DNA of 64,000 bases from an uncultured Planctomycetota bacterium. GTDB taxonomy: Bacteria > Planctomycetota > Planctomycetia > Isosphaerales > Isosphaeraceae. The stretch lies in NCBI GenBank assembly GCA_963737655.1, contig CAVTTN010000002.1:3936001-4000000 (forward strand). Reading direction: 5' to 3'. How positions within the stretch are numbered: position 1 is the first letter of the stretch; each line of letters opens with the position of its first letter. Below, piece by piece: positions 27,810-37,627 of this stretch. Below the pieces are notes generated by a model. That model saw nothing but the letters and a program-made list of their open reading frames with translations. It ran no database searches and had not been told where the DNA came from. The translations under genes and the position numbers were made by a program.

Positions 27810-28817
27810 TCACTTCTTCGCCTGGGCCTCGGCGAAGGCGGTGTCGAACAATCGGCCGGCGGAGGCGAAGCCCATCTTGGTCTTCACGAACAGCGAGGCC
27901 TCGGCCGCCCCGAACTCGCGGTCCATCCCGGGGTCTTCCCATTCGACCGAGAGCGGCCCGGTGTAGCCGATGGCGTTCAGGGCGCGGGCGATCTCCTCGA
28001 AATCGACCTGCCCTCGGCCCGGGGAACGGAAGTCCCAGCCTCGGCGGGCGTCGCCGAAGTTCAGGTGCGAGCCGAGGATGCCCGTCTTGCCGTCGAGCGT
28101 CTTCGCCGCGTCCTTCACGTGGACGTGGTAGATCCGGTCCGGGAAGTGGCGGATGAACGCCACCGGGTCGACGAACTGCCAGAGGAGGTGGCTGGGGTCG
28201 AAGTTGAACCCGAACTCGGGGCGTCCTCCCAGGGCCTTCAAGGCGGTCTCGGCGGAGTAGATGTCGAACGCAATCTCGGTCGGGTGGACTTCCAGGGCGA
28301 ACTTCACGCCTTCCTGCTTGAAGACGTCGAGGATCGGGTTCCATCGCTCGGCCAGGAGGTCGAACCCGGCCTGGATCATGGCGTCGGAGACCGGCGGGAA
28401 CGAGTAGAGGTACGGCCAGATCGACGAGCCGGTGAAGCCGTTGACGACCGTCACGCCCATCTTCGCGGCGGCCCGGGCGGTGTCCTTCATCTCCTGGACG
28501 GCCCAGGCGTTCTTCTCGGCGTGCTTGCCCCGGAGCTCGGCGGGCACCCAGTCATCGGTCCTCGCGTCGTTGACGTCCAGGACGAGCTGGCCGACGAGGT
28601 GGTTGGAGATCGCCCAGCACTTCAGCCCGTACTTGCCGAGGAGGGCCCTGCGCTCGTCGCAGTATCCCGGGTCCTTCAGGGCCTTCTGGACGTTGAAATG
28701 GTCGCCCCAGCAGGGCAGCTCGATGCCGTCGTAGCCCCACTGGCTGGCCTTCTGGCAGATGGTTTCGAGCGTCAGGTCGGCCCACTGGCCGGTAAAGAGC
28801 GTCACGGGACGGGCCAT
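27810..28817 (-). CDS. Sugar-phosphate isomerase/epimerase (xylose-isomerase-like TIM barrel)
   Basis: FTGQWADL, FALEVHPTEIAFD, NFDPSH, HVHVKD, LSVEWED. Confidence 0.92.
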   Translation of the reverse strand: MARPVTLFTGQWADLTLETICQKASQWGYDGIELPCWGDHFNVQKALKDPGYCDERRALLGKYGLKCWAISNHLVGQLVLDVNDARTDDWVPAELRGKHAEKNAWAVQEMKDTARAAAKMGVTVVNGFTGSSIWPYLYSFPPVSDAMIQAGFDLLAERWNPILDVFKQEGVKFALEVHPTEIAFDIYSAETALKALGGRPEFGFNFDPSHLLWQFVDPVAFIRHFPDRIYHVHVKDAAKTLDGKTGILGSHLNFGDARRGWDFRSPGRGQVDFEEIARALNAIGYTGPLSVEWEDPGMDREFGAAEASLFVKTKMGFASAGRLFDTAFAEAQAKK

Positions 28818-28995
28818 CGCGGTCTCCCCTCACGGGTCGGGCGTCGGTCTGGAATGGGCGAGGGTCTTGGAGGCGGGCGAGACGGCCAATTTAGGGGGGC
28901 GGGGCGGGGAAGTCAACGATTTGACGGCCGGGCCCGCCCTCTCCTATGATGCGGACGCTGCCCGGGGTTTCGGTGGGGACTGGGAGCGACCGTCC

Positions 28996-29658
28996 ATGCC
29001 CGTCCGAGCCGTCCTCTTCGACTTCGACGGCGTGATCGCCGACACCGAGAACGTCCACGTCGCCGCCTGGCAGAGGGTCTTTGCCGAGATGGCCTGGGAC
29101 GTGGAGCCCGAGGTCTGTTCCCGGGCCGCCGAGGAAGATGACTCGGCTTTCTTCCGGTCGCTCCTGGCCGATCGCGAGATCGAGGGCGGCGACCTGACCG
29201 GCTGGATCGCGAAGAAACAGGCCCTGACCCGCGCCCTCCTGGGCGACTCGCCGAGGCTCTATCCCGGCGTCGCGGAGCTGGTCGGCCGCCTCTCGGGCCG
29301 GGCGGCGATGGCCGTGGTCTCCGGGACCTGGCGGGAGAACGTGGAGGTGGTCCTCGAACGATCGGGGTTGCTCGGCTCGTTCTCGGCCATCGTGGCGAAG
29401 GAAGACGTCTCCCGACCCAAGCCCGCACCCGACGCCTACCGCCGGGCCCTGGCCAGACTGAAGGTCGATCCGGCCGAGGCCGTGGCCCTGGAAGACTCGC
29501 CGAACGGCCTGGCCGCGGCGAAGGCCGCCGGGATTCGGGCCATCGCCGTGGGTCACCGACGCCCCCGGGCGGAGTGGTGCGAAGGCGTGCCGTTCGTGCC
29601 GAGCCTCGGCGAATGGAAGACCGCACTTGCGATGATTTCGGACCTGTCGGGTGCATGA
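28996..29658 (+). CDS. HAD-superfamily phosphatase
   Basis: FDFDGVIADTE, KPAPD, EDSPNG. Confidence 0.92.
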   Translation: MPVRAVLFDFDGVIADTENVHVAAWQRVFAEMAWDVEPEVCSRAAEEDDSAFFRSLLADREIEGGDLTGWIAKKQALTRALLGDSPRLYPGVAELVGRLSGRAAMAVVSGTWRENVEVVLERSGLLGSFSAIVAKEDVSRPKPAPDAYRRALARLKVDPAEAVALEDSPNGLAAAKAAGIRAIAVGHRRPRAEWCEGVPFVPSLGEWKTALAMISDLSGA

Positions 29659-29803
29659 AATGCACCACGTCGGCGCGGGGGAAGACCGACAGCATTCTCC
29701 TTCTCGACCGGCCTCTTGCGGGGGACGGTGCGGTTGCGGGCTTTGCCCGCGCGGGCGGTGCATTTCATGCACCCTACATGACGGTGCATTTCATGCACCC
29801 TAC
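29646..29803. repeat. Three-REP composite: one forward copy and a reverse tandem pair
   Basis: GTCGGGTGCATGAAATGCACC at 29646-29666; reverse copies at 29757-29777 and 29783-29803 with a 5-nt spacer. Confidence 0.9.
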
Positions 29804-30750
29804 GGGTTTTCCCGTCTCCACTGGATGAATCGCTCGATGCCTTCGCGGAACGGCGTCCTGGGGCGATAGCCCAGCTCGGTCTCGGCCCGGGTGATGTCGG
29901 CGAAGGTCTGGCGGACGTCCCCGGGCTGCTCGGGTCGGCGGTCGATCCTCGGGCTCTTGCCCAGGGCCTCGCCCAGGGTGGCGATCATCGTTCGAAGCTC
30001 GATCGGATCGGAATTCCCGAGGTTGTAGAGGTGATGGCCCTTGCAATGCTCGATCGCCCGGACGATCCCATCGGCGATGTCTTCCACGAATGTGTAGTCG
30101 CGGCGGGTGGTGCCGTCGCCGAACATGGGGACGGGTTCGCCCCGGTCGATCAGGTCGGCGAATTTGGCGATCGCCAGGTCGGGGCGGTTCCTCGGGCCGA
30201 ACGCGGTGAAGAACCGGAGGCCCGAGACGGGGAGGCCGTGGAGGTGGTGGAAGGTGAAGGCGAACAGCTCGCACGCCTTCTTGGTCGCGGCGTACGGGCT
30301 GACGGGCAGGTCCACCGGGTCGGTCTCGCGGAACGGGGCGTCGGGGCGGTCTCCGTAGACGCTGGAGCTGGACGCATAGACGAACTTCGGCCGGGGATCG
30401 AGCCGGCAGGCCGCCTCCATCAGGCGGACCGTCCCGTTCACGTTCACGTCGGCATAGAGCGAGGGATCGTCGATGCTCGGGCGGACCCCGGCCCTCGCGG
30501 CCAGGTGGACGATCGCCTCGGGCCGGAACTCCTGAAACAGGCGGTGGACGGCCCGGACGTCGCGGATATCGCCCTCGACGAGCCGGAATCGCGGGTTCGT
30601 CCGGGCCCGGAGGAGGTTCGCCCTCTTGGTCGCCTCGGGATAGAACGGGTCGAAGTTATCGAGCACGAGGACCTGATCGCCGTCGGCCAGGAGCCGATCG
30701 ACGAGGTGGGAGCCGATGAAGCCCGCCCCTCCGGTCACCAGCGTCCGCAT
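29800..30750 (-). CDS. NAD-dependent epimerase (UDP-glucuronate 4-epimerase-like)
   Basis: TGGAGFIGSH, HLAARAGVRPS, ASSSSVYG, YAATKK, QPGDV. Confidence 0.92.
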   Translation of the reverse strand: MRTLVTGGAGFIGSHLVDRLLADGDQVLVLDNFDPFYPEATKRANLLRARTNPRFRLVEGDIRDVRAVHRLFQEFRPEAIVHLAARAGVRPSIDDPSLYADVNVNGTVRLMEAACRLDPRPKFVYASSSSVYGDRPDAPFRETDPVDLPVSPYAATKKACELFAFTFHHLHGLPVSGLRFFTAFGPRNRPDLAIAKFADLIDRGEPVPMFGDGTTRRDYTFVEDIADGIVRAIEHCKGHHLYNLGNSDPIELRTMIATLGEALGKSPRIDRRPEQPGDVRQTFADITRAETELGYRPRTPFREGIERFIQWRRENP

Positions 30751-30792
30751 CGCCTACCTCCTTGCAGGACGAGGATCGTGGAACCCTTCCGG

Positions 30793-33616
30793 TTATTCGA
30801 GGATTTCCCAGTGGATGGCGGGGGAGTCGGCCTCGATCTCCAGGATCGAGCCTTCGGGGCTGGACTTGAGCTCGGCTTTGGGGCCTCGCTTGCCGGTCTC
30901 ATCGAGCGCGAAGGCGCGGAACGACCCCTTGCGCTTCAGGGTGATCCGGGCCCGGACCGGCTCGATCAGGATCGGCGGGCGGCCGGGGTTGGCGATCTGA
31001 CGTTTCCACTGGTCGGCGTAGGTCAGGCCGGTGGGCTCGGCCCGGGAGATGGCCGTGATCAGGAGCCTCCTGGCTCGGGCGATCGGCTCGGGGCCGACGG
31101 ACGAGACCATCACGACGGCATACGGGTTCTCGACGTCGATCGAGACGGCGTCGAGCGAGGCGGGCCTCTTGCCGGGCCATCCGGCGATCCCCTGGGTGAA
31201 CGGGGTGTCGATCAGGAGACGGCCGTGGGCGGAGTCCCAGGTCGATCCGCCCTTGCGCGAGCCGGAGGACTTCAGGGAATCGGCCGATCGGAGCAAAAGC
31301 GATGCCGCGTGAGGTAGCAGGGCGAAGACCTGGGGGTTGGCGTTGAGCGCCTCGGGCATGACGAACAGGTCCAGCGGCCCCGTCGTGCCCGGAGGGCCGG
31401 CGCCCCAGGGGTTGGGCGCGAGGAAGACGCCGCGACGGACCAGGCCGTCCCAATCCTCGACGGCGGCGGTCCTCGCGGCGACGAGCAGGTCGGCTCCCTC
31501 GAAGGGCGACGCCCAGGCACCCTCGGTGTGGTCGGCGAACTCCCCGGCGACGTATGGGCGGTCGGTCTTCCTCTTCTTCGCCGCCTCGACGGCGATCGAC
31601 GTGGTCTGCCTCCAGGCCATCGACCGCCGTTCCGGTGCGCCGAAGATCGGAGACATCCAGTAGAGGCGATCGTCGATCAGGTCGAGGCCGGCAGCCGCCT
31701 CGGCCTGATCGAATTCGGACTCCCTCCGCCAGTGGGAACATCCGGCGATCGGCGCCTTGAGGCCGCTCTTGCGGAGCGAGTCGGCGATCGATCGCCACTG
31801 GTTGGCCTCGATCCCGACCCAGGCCCTGCGGCCCGATCCCTGGCTACTCTTCTGGACGAACCCCTTGAGGATGGCGGCCTCCTCGGGGGGCAGGCTGTCG
31901 GGCGAGTCGATCAGGTCGAAGATCGAGGTCTCGCCCGCGAGGGTGACCCAGGCGAGGGCGGGGTCGTCCCTCAGGCAGAGGCCGGTTTCCGGGTTCACAT
32001 GGCTCAGGAGGGCGTCGGCCGCCTTGCGTTGCAGCTCTCGGATCGCCGGATCGAAGCCGGACGACGGGCCACCTCCCAGGGGCAGGGCGAGCCAGGCCGG
32101 CAGGCCGTCCCCTTCGCGGAACCGGCGATAGGCGAGGAATTCCAGGGCGACGTAGATCCCCCGGGCCTTCAGGGCGGCGACCAGGTGATCGAGCCGGGCG
32201 AGCGAGTCGGGGTCGAACGCCTGGGTGTCGTCCCGGGAGTCGTCGAAGAGGCTGCGGGTCGGGCCCAGGGGGGCGTCGAGGCCCTCCGAGGCGGACGAGG
32301 TTCACGCCGGATCTGGCGAGGCGATCGGCCAGGGCGTCGGCCTTCGCCGGTTCGGCGAACGCCAGGGGGGGCAGCAGGACGACCCCGAAGAAGCGGGCCC
32401 GGGAGCCGTCGGCGAAATGCAGGCGGCCATCCTTGATGACGACGGCCCCTCGCTTGCCGGCCGGGGCGTCCAGGAGCCCGGAGGCGTCCAGGGGGGATTT
32501 CGGCTCGATGCCGGGCGACGGCGGCAACGGCAGCCAGCCGTCGGTGCCGGTCTCGACGTGGTAGGGCGTCCAGGTGCCGTCGTCCGGGTCGTTCGGCGCG
32601 AAGACCTCGACGTCATCGACCCGGAGCGTCCCCCCGGTCTCCAGCTTCTCGAACTGGATGGCGGCGCGGGTGGCCGCCGGGGGGATGCGGACCGTCGCGG
32701 TTTCGGCCTTCCAGTCGAACGAGCCGGACCACCGCCAGAGGAGGGCCCCCTCGTCTCGTCCGGCCAGGGGCTTGCCGTCGGCGTCGAGGAAGAAGACCAC
32801 GGCCCGGGCCCCTCCGCTGCTTCGGAGCGACGCCCCCCGGACGTTCGCCCGGACCTCCAGGGAGGAGAACCGGTCGGCGCGGACGCCCAGGCCGTTCAAC
32901 GCGCGGTCGCCGGGTCGGGCCAACTCCAGGGCCGTCGAGGACCGATGGCCGGGATGGACCCGCCGGGCGTCTCCTTCCAGGGTCCAGAACGTCGGCGGCC
33001 CCACTCCCAGCTCGAAATCGCCGTTGAGCAGGAGGTTGGTCGTCGCCTCGCCGCCGACGGGCACCTTGTCGATGGTCAGGCCGTCGAAGTCCAGGGTCCC
33101 GGTGGCGCCGAGGAGGCCGGTGGTCAGGATCGCGTCTCGCGTCCCCGACGGGACGGAGATCCGCTTCGAGATCCGCACCCAGCCGGTGCCGAGGGAGCTT
33201 TTCCACGGCCCGAGGATCCCGCGACCCAGGGCGACGAGCCCGTCGCCCAGCAGTTCGATCTGGAGGCCGGGGTCTTCCCCCATCCTCTCGCCGACGTGGG
33301 TCGAATCGAGCCGGACCCAGCCGCCGATGACCAGCGCCTCGGTCTCCCGGCCATCGACGCCGAACGCCCGGCTGGCCCGGGCGTGACGGCCCGGCCGGTC
33401 GTTCTTGAACCGGAAGAAATGGGGGCCGACGACCCCTCCCGTGGCCTCGTAGGTGCAATCGCGGAGGTTGTACCAGCCCTCGGGGATGCCGTCGCCGTCG
33501 GTGTCGGTCTCGAAGTCTTCGAGAGGGGGCGGACCGGGCCGAACCAGCTCCTGAGCCCGGGCCGGAAGGGCCAGGCCGACGAGCAGGACCAGGGCCCCAG
33601 GCAGCGATCGGCTCAT
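30793..33616 (-). CDS. Secreted protein: two CBM-like beta-sandwich domains + glycoside-hydrolase-like barrel (frameshift near 32284)
   Basis: Signal peptide; [15 protein letters not shown] and LLNGDFE domains; [49 protein letters not shown]. Confidence 0.7.
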
Positions 33617-34350
33617 GGCTTGCCCCCGGCGGCCTCCTTCTGCGCCCGACCGGTCATGGGAACGAAGAGCGTGGGCTTGAGCTTGGCGATCTGGACGAGT
33701 TTACCGTTTTTCTTCTCCATCAGGTAGACGGCCTGGTTGAAGCGATCTCCCAGGGGGATCACCATCCGCCCGCCTTCCTTCAACTGCTCGACCAGCGGGC
33801 CCGGCACCTTGGTCGGCGCGCAGGTGACGATCACGGCGTCGAACGGGGCTTCCTCGGGCCATCCGGCGTAGCCGTCGCCGACCCGGGTGTGAATGTTGGT
33901 ATAGCCGACCGACTTGATCACGGCGGCGGCCCTCTTGCCGAGGGGCTCGTGGATCTCCACCGAATACACGTCCTTCACCAGCCGGGAGAGGATCGACGCC
34001 TGGTAGCCCGAGCCGGTGCCGACCTCATAGATCTTGTCGGTGGGCTTGGGGTTGAGGGCCTCGGTCATGAAGGCCACGTCGTAGACCGGCGTGATCGTCT
34101 GCCCCTCGCCGATCGGCAACGACTCGTCCTCGTAGGCCAGCCTCTTGGATTCGGGTGGGACGTAAAGATGGCGGGGGACGGTGCGGAAGGCGTCCAGGAC
34201 GCGCTTGTCCTTGATCCCTCGCTCGACCAGGTGGCGCTGGACCATCCGTTCCCGGGGCTTGGCGAAGGGGTCGTCTTTCGGGGGATCGTCGGCGCGGGCG
34301 GCAACGAGGACCCCGGCCGAAGCGAGGGCGATCACGATCAGGCGGTTCAT
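33613..34350 (-). CDS. pcm: Protein-L-isoaspartate O-methyltransferase with an N-terminal signal-like peptide
   Basis: [46 protein letters not shown]. Confidence 0.92.
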   Translation of the reverse strand: MNRLIVIALASAGVLVAARADDPPKDDPFAKPRERMVQRHLVERGIKDKRVLDAFRTVPRHLYVPPESKRLAYEDESLPIGEGQTITPVYDVAFMTEALNPKPTDKIYEVGTGSGYQASILSRLVKDVYSVEIHEPLGKRAAAVIKSVGYTNIHTRVGDGYAGWPEEAPFDAVIVTCAPTKVPGPLVEQLKEGGRMVIPLGDRFNQAVYLMEKKNGKLVQIAKLKPTLFVPMTGRAQKEAAGGKP

Positions 34351-34566
34351 GGGCGATCGGTCCCCCGGGGACGGGGCGAGGCTGGAGGTCCGGGGAAGTC
34401 CGGGCCTCCGCCGAGTATACGAAGGACGTCCTCGGCACGGAAGATCATCGATCGGACCGGCGAACGACCCCGGATTTGCGGATTTTCCGTTGGGCCGGGA
34501 CGCCCGAATCGGATAAGATGATTCCGACGGTCGAAATGCCGATCTTCGGTGGATGGAGGCGCAACG

Positions 34567-35016
34567 TTGATCCCCTGGACCCCCCTGGTCCTGACCCTCC
34601 TGCTCCCCCCCGCCGACTCGCCCCCGGCTCCCGAGGCCGTGACGAGGGCCGGCAAGGTCGTCTTCCTGTCCGAAGCGCTGAAGTCTCGCGGCATCCGGGC
34701 CGATGTCGAGCCGATGACCAAACAGGTCGTCGTCCTCGGTCGAGACGGCTCGATCACCCCCCTGCTCTCCGACGAGGCCAGCCGGGCCCTGTTCCTCGAC
34801 GAACGGTTGAGGGGCCGGAAGGCCGAGATCGACGGACGAACGTTCCCCGGTGTCCCGTACTTGCAGGTCCTGGCGTTCCGGGTCGAGGAAGGCGGGCGCC
34901 TCCGGATCCCCGAATATCATTGCGAAGTCTGCTCGATCGACGTCCGCTACCCGCAAATCTGCCCGTGCTGCCAGGGTTCGATGGAACTCCGGTTCAAGGC
35001 GGAAGAAGGGCGCTGA
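34567..35016 (+). CDS. Hypothetical exported protein with a C-terminal CxxC..CPCC motif
   Basis: TTG start after [22 protein letters not shown]. Confidence 0.7.
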   Translation: MIPWTPLVLTLLLPPADSPPAPEAVTRAGKVVFLSEALKSRGIRADVEPMTKQVVVLGRDGSITPLLSDEASRALFLDERLRGRKAEIDGRTFPGVPYLQVLAFRVEEGGRLRIPEYHCEVCSIDVRYPQICPCCQGSMELRFKAEEGR

Positions 35017-35106
35017 AGCCCCGCTTTGTTCTTCTTCCCCAGCCCACTTCGGCACTCCCGTCCTTCCCATCCGACGGCGGCGGGGACCGCCCGGGAGAAT
35101 ACGACC

Positions 35107-36309
35107 ATGCCCCCGATCTCGGCCAACCTGCTGCTCCACGCCGTGGCGGCCCTCGCCATCGCCTCGACCCTCTTCGCCTTCGTGACCCTCCTCTGGGCCA
35201 CCCGGAACCGACGAGGGCTCGCCGACCACACCCCTCCGGTCACCATCTTGAAGCCCCTCAAGGGCGTCGATGAGGGCCTGGAGGAGAACCTCCGCAGCTT
35301 CTTCCGGCTGGATTACCCGGTCTATCAGCTGATCTTCGGCGTGGCCGACGCCGACGACCCGGCCATCGGGGTCGTCCAGAACCTCATCGCCGAGTTCCCC
35401 GACCAAGACGCCCGGCTCGTCGTGGGAACCCCCGCCTTCGGGCTCAACCCGAAGGTCGAGAACCTGGCGGCCATGTACCGCCACCGGAAGCATGAGATCA
35501 TCCTGATCAGCGATTCGAACGTGGTCGTCCGGCCGTCCTACCTGAAGGAGACGGCCTGCTACCTGGCCGACCCGTCGGTCGGGCTGGTCACGAACGTGTT
35601 CGCCGGGGTCGGGGAGAAGCAGTTCGGGGCGATCCTGGAGAACCTCCAGCTCAACGGGTTCATCGCCGGGAACATCGCGGCGGCGGCGGCCTCGGGCGTC
35701 ACGTGCGTGGTCGGCAAGTCGATGCTGATGCCGGTGAAGGTCCTGGAGGCCATCGGCGGCCTGGCCAGCGTCCGCAACCTCCTGGCCGAGGACCAGGCGG
35801 TGGGGATCAAGGTCCGCAAGGCCGGCTATCAGATCCGCCTGAGCCACCACGTGATCGAGAACGTGAACCGCGACCGCGACCTCTCCTGGTTCCTGAACCG
35901 CCACTCCCGCTGGTACAAGATCCGCCGGAGGATGGCCCCGGGCTTCTTCCTGGCCGAGCCGACCACGAACCTCACGGTCGTCGGCCTGGTCTGGGCATTG
36001 AGCGACGAAACCGGGATCGCCTTGGGAGGGCTGGCGGTCCTCTGCGGCCTGGCGATGGCGCGGGACGCGGTCCAGGCCCGATGGCTTCGAGGCTCGTTCC
36101 CCAAGCTCCGGCACCTGCCGTTCAGCCTGATCAAGGACCTCTTCCTCCTGCCGATCTGGTTCGACGCGCTGGTCAACCGCAAGGTCCTCTGGAGGGGCCA
36201 CCGCTTCCTGATCGGCAAGTTCACCCGGCTCCGCCGGGCCCGAGTGCCCCGGGACGTCCGCAAGCGGGTCAGGCGGGTGAAGAAGCTCCGAGGCCGGGCC
36301 GGCGAGTGA
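35107..36309 (+). CDS. Ceramide glucosyltransferase/HpnI-like glycosyltransferase (GT21)
   Basis: ILKPLKG, NPKV, ISDSNV, LAED, RHSRW and TM segments. Confidence 0.88.
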   Translation: MPPISANLLLHAVAALAIASTLFAFVTLLWATRNRRGLADHTPPVTILKPLKGVDEGLEENLRSFFRLDYPVYQLIFGVADADDPAIGVVQNLIAEFPDQDARLVVGTPAFGLNPKVENLAAMYRHRKHEIILISDSNVVVRPSYLKETACYLADPSVGLVTNVFAGVGEKQFGAILENLQLNGFIAGNIAAAAASGVTCVVGKSMLMPVKVLEAIGGLASVRNLLAEDQAVGIKVRKAGYQIRLSHHVIENVNRDRDLSWFLNRHSRWYKIRRRMAPGFFLAEPTTNLTVVGLVWALSDETGIALGGLAVLCGLAMARDAVQARWLRGSFPKLRHLPFSLIKDLFLLPIWFDALVNRKVLWRGHRFLIGKFTRLRRARVPRDVRKRVRRVKKLRGRAGE

Positions 36310-36316
36310 GGTTCCA

Positions 36317-36514
36317 ATGACTTACAAAGTGGCGCTCCAGGAGACGGAGGAGGGCTTCAGCGTCTGGGTTCCTGGCCTGCCGGGCTGCTGCTCGCAGGGA
36401 GGATCCGAGACCGAGGCCCTGGAGAACATCGCGGAGGCCATCCGCGATTACCTGGATCTCGCCGCCGAACTCGCGGCGGAATCCGAAGCACGCGAGGTCG
36501 AGGTCGAGGTTTAG
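36317..36514 (+). CDS. hicB: HicB-family antitoxin (short, no DNA-binding domain)
   Basis: [32 protein letters not shown]. Confidence 0.88.
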   Translation: MTYKVALQETEEGFSVWVPGLPGCCSQGGSETEALENIAEAIRDYLDLAAELAAESEAREVEVEV

Positions 36515-36516
36515 TC

Positions 36517-36729
36517 ATGCCCATTCTCCCCGGCGTCAATCACCTCCATGCCGTCCGGGCCCTGGAGAAAGTCGGCTTTGAAGTCCGTCGCCAGGGCAAA
36601 CACATCCTGATGACGGACGGGACTCGGATCATCGCCATCCCACGGCACAATCCGGTGCATGCGGTCACGATGGCGAGGATCGTGTGAGATGCCGGCCTGA
36701 CAATCGAGGAGTTTCGGGAGTTGCTTTGA
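36517..36729 (+). pseudogene. hicA: HicA-family toxin with an in-frame TGA at 36685-36687 (not in the ORF track)
   Basis: MPILPGVNHLHAVRALEKVGFEVRRQGKHILMTDGTRIIAIPRHNPVHAVTMARIV*DAGLTIEEFRELL*. Confidence 0.85.
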
Positions 36730-36781
36730 AGATCAATTCCCCGGTCGTTTCCGGCGAAAATCCGTCCTGAGAGCACCGGCG

Positions 36782-37551
36782 ATGGCCGAGACGATCACCG
36801 CCAAGGTCGCCCTGAAGATGCCCGGCGGGACGGTTCGCGCCGAGATGACCGTGCCGACCGGGCCGATCCGCCCGGAGGCGCTCTGGCCGATCGCCCGCGA
36901 TTTGCTCGGGCAGATCATCGGGGCTACCGTCGATCACGAGGCCGGTCAGGGCCGAGCGATCTCCTGCCGGGCCGGGTGCGGGGCGTGCTGCCGCCAGCTC
37001 GTGCCGATCGCCGAGGCCGAGGCGAGGCGGATCCGCGACCTCGTCGCCTCGATGCCCGAACCCCGCCTCGCCGAGATTTCGGAGCGATTCGCCCGGGCCC
37101 GGGACCGGCTCGACGAGGCCGGGCTCCTGGAAAAGCTCTCCGAACCCACCCGATGGCCGCCCGGGGATTCGCTGACCGTCGGGCTCGCCTACTTCCGTCT
37201 GGGGATCGCCTGCCCGTTCCTGGAAGAGGAGTCGTGCTCGATCCACCCCGATCGCCCCCTGGCGTGCCGGGAGTATCTGGTCACCTCGCCTCCGGAATTC
37301 TGCGCCCGGATGGAGCCGGGAACGGTCGCCGGCGTGAAGCTGCCGACCTCGGTCTGGTCGGCGTTCGCGAAGCTCGACCCTCCCGCCGACGACTCGACCA
37401 CGAATCGCTGGGTCCCGCTGATTCTGGCCACGGACTGGGCGGACTCGCATCCCGATTCCGATCCCCCGCGCCCGGGCCCGAGCTTCTCCACCAGTTCATC
37501 GAGACCGTGGCGAAGGCCGAGGGGACGTTGCCCCGCCCGGGGATCTCCTGA
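36782..37551 (+). CDS. YkgJ-family CxxCxxCC cysteine-cluster protein (a frameshift near 37480 fuses it artificially to the next gene)
   Basis: SCRAGCGACCRQ, CPFLEEESCSIHPDRPLACR. The natural C-terminus ELLHQFIE..PGIS* is in another frame. Confidence 0.82.
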
Positions 37552-37627
37552 GGCGCGAACCTTCGGGTCGTGGGCCCTGTCGAGGATTGGTCCTCCACCC
37601 CGTCCTCTCGAAGAAAGAGGCCTCTTG

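Noticed and set aside
3555..29803. REP copies or 9-mer/7-mer arrays as a CRISPR array
   Set aside because: There is no regular repeat-spacer series, orientations are mixed, and no cas genes are present.
36685..36687. TGA in hicA as selenocysteine
   Set aside because: The position is not a Cys site (Arg/Lys expected) and no SECIS-like hairpin is evident.
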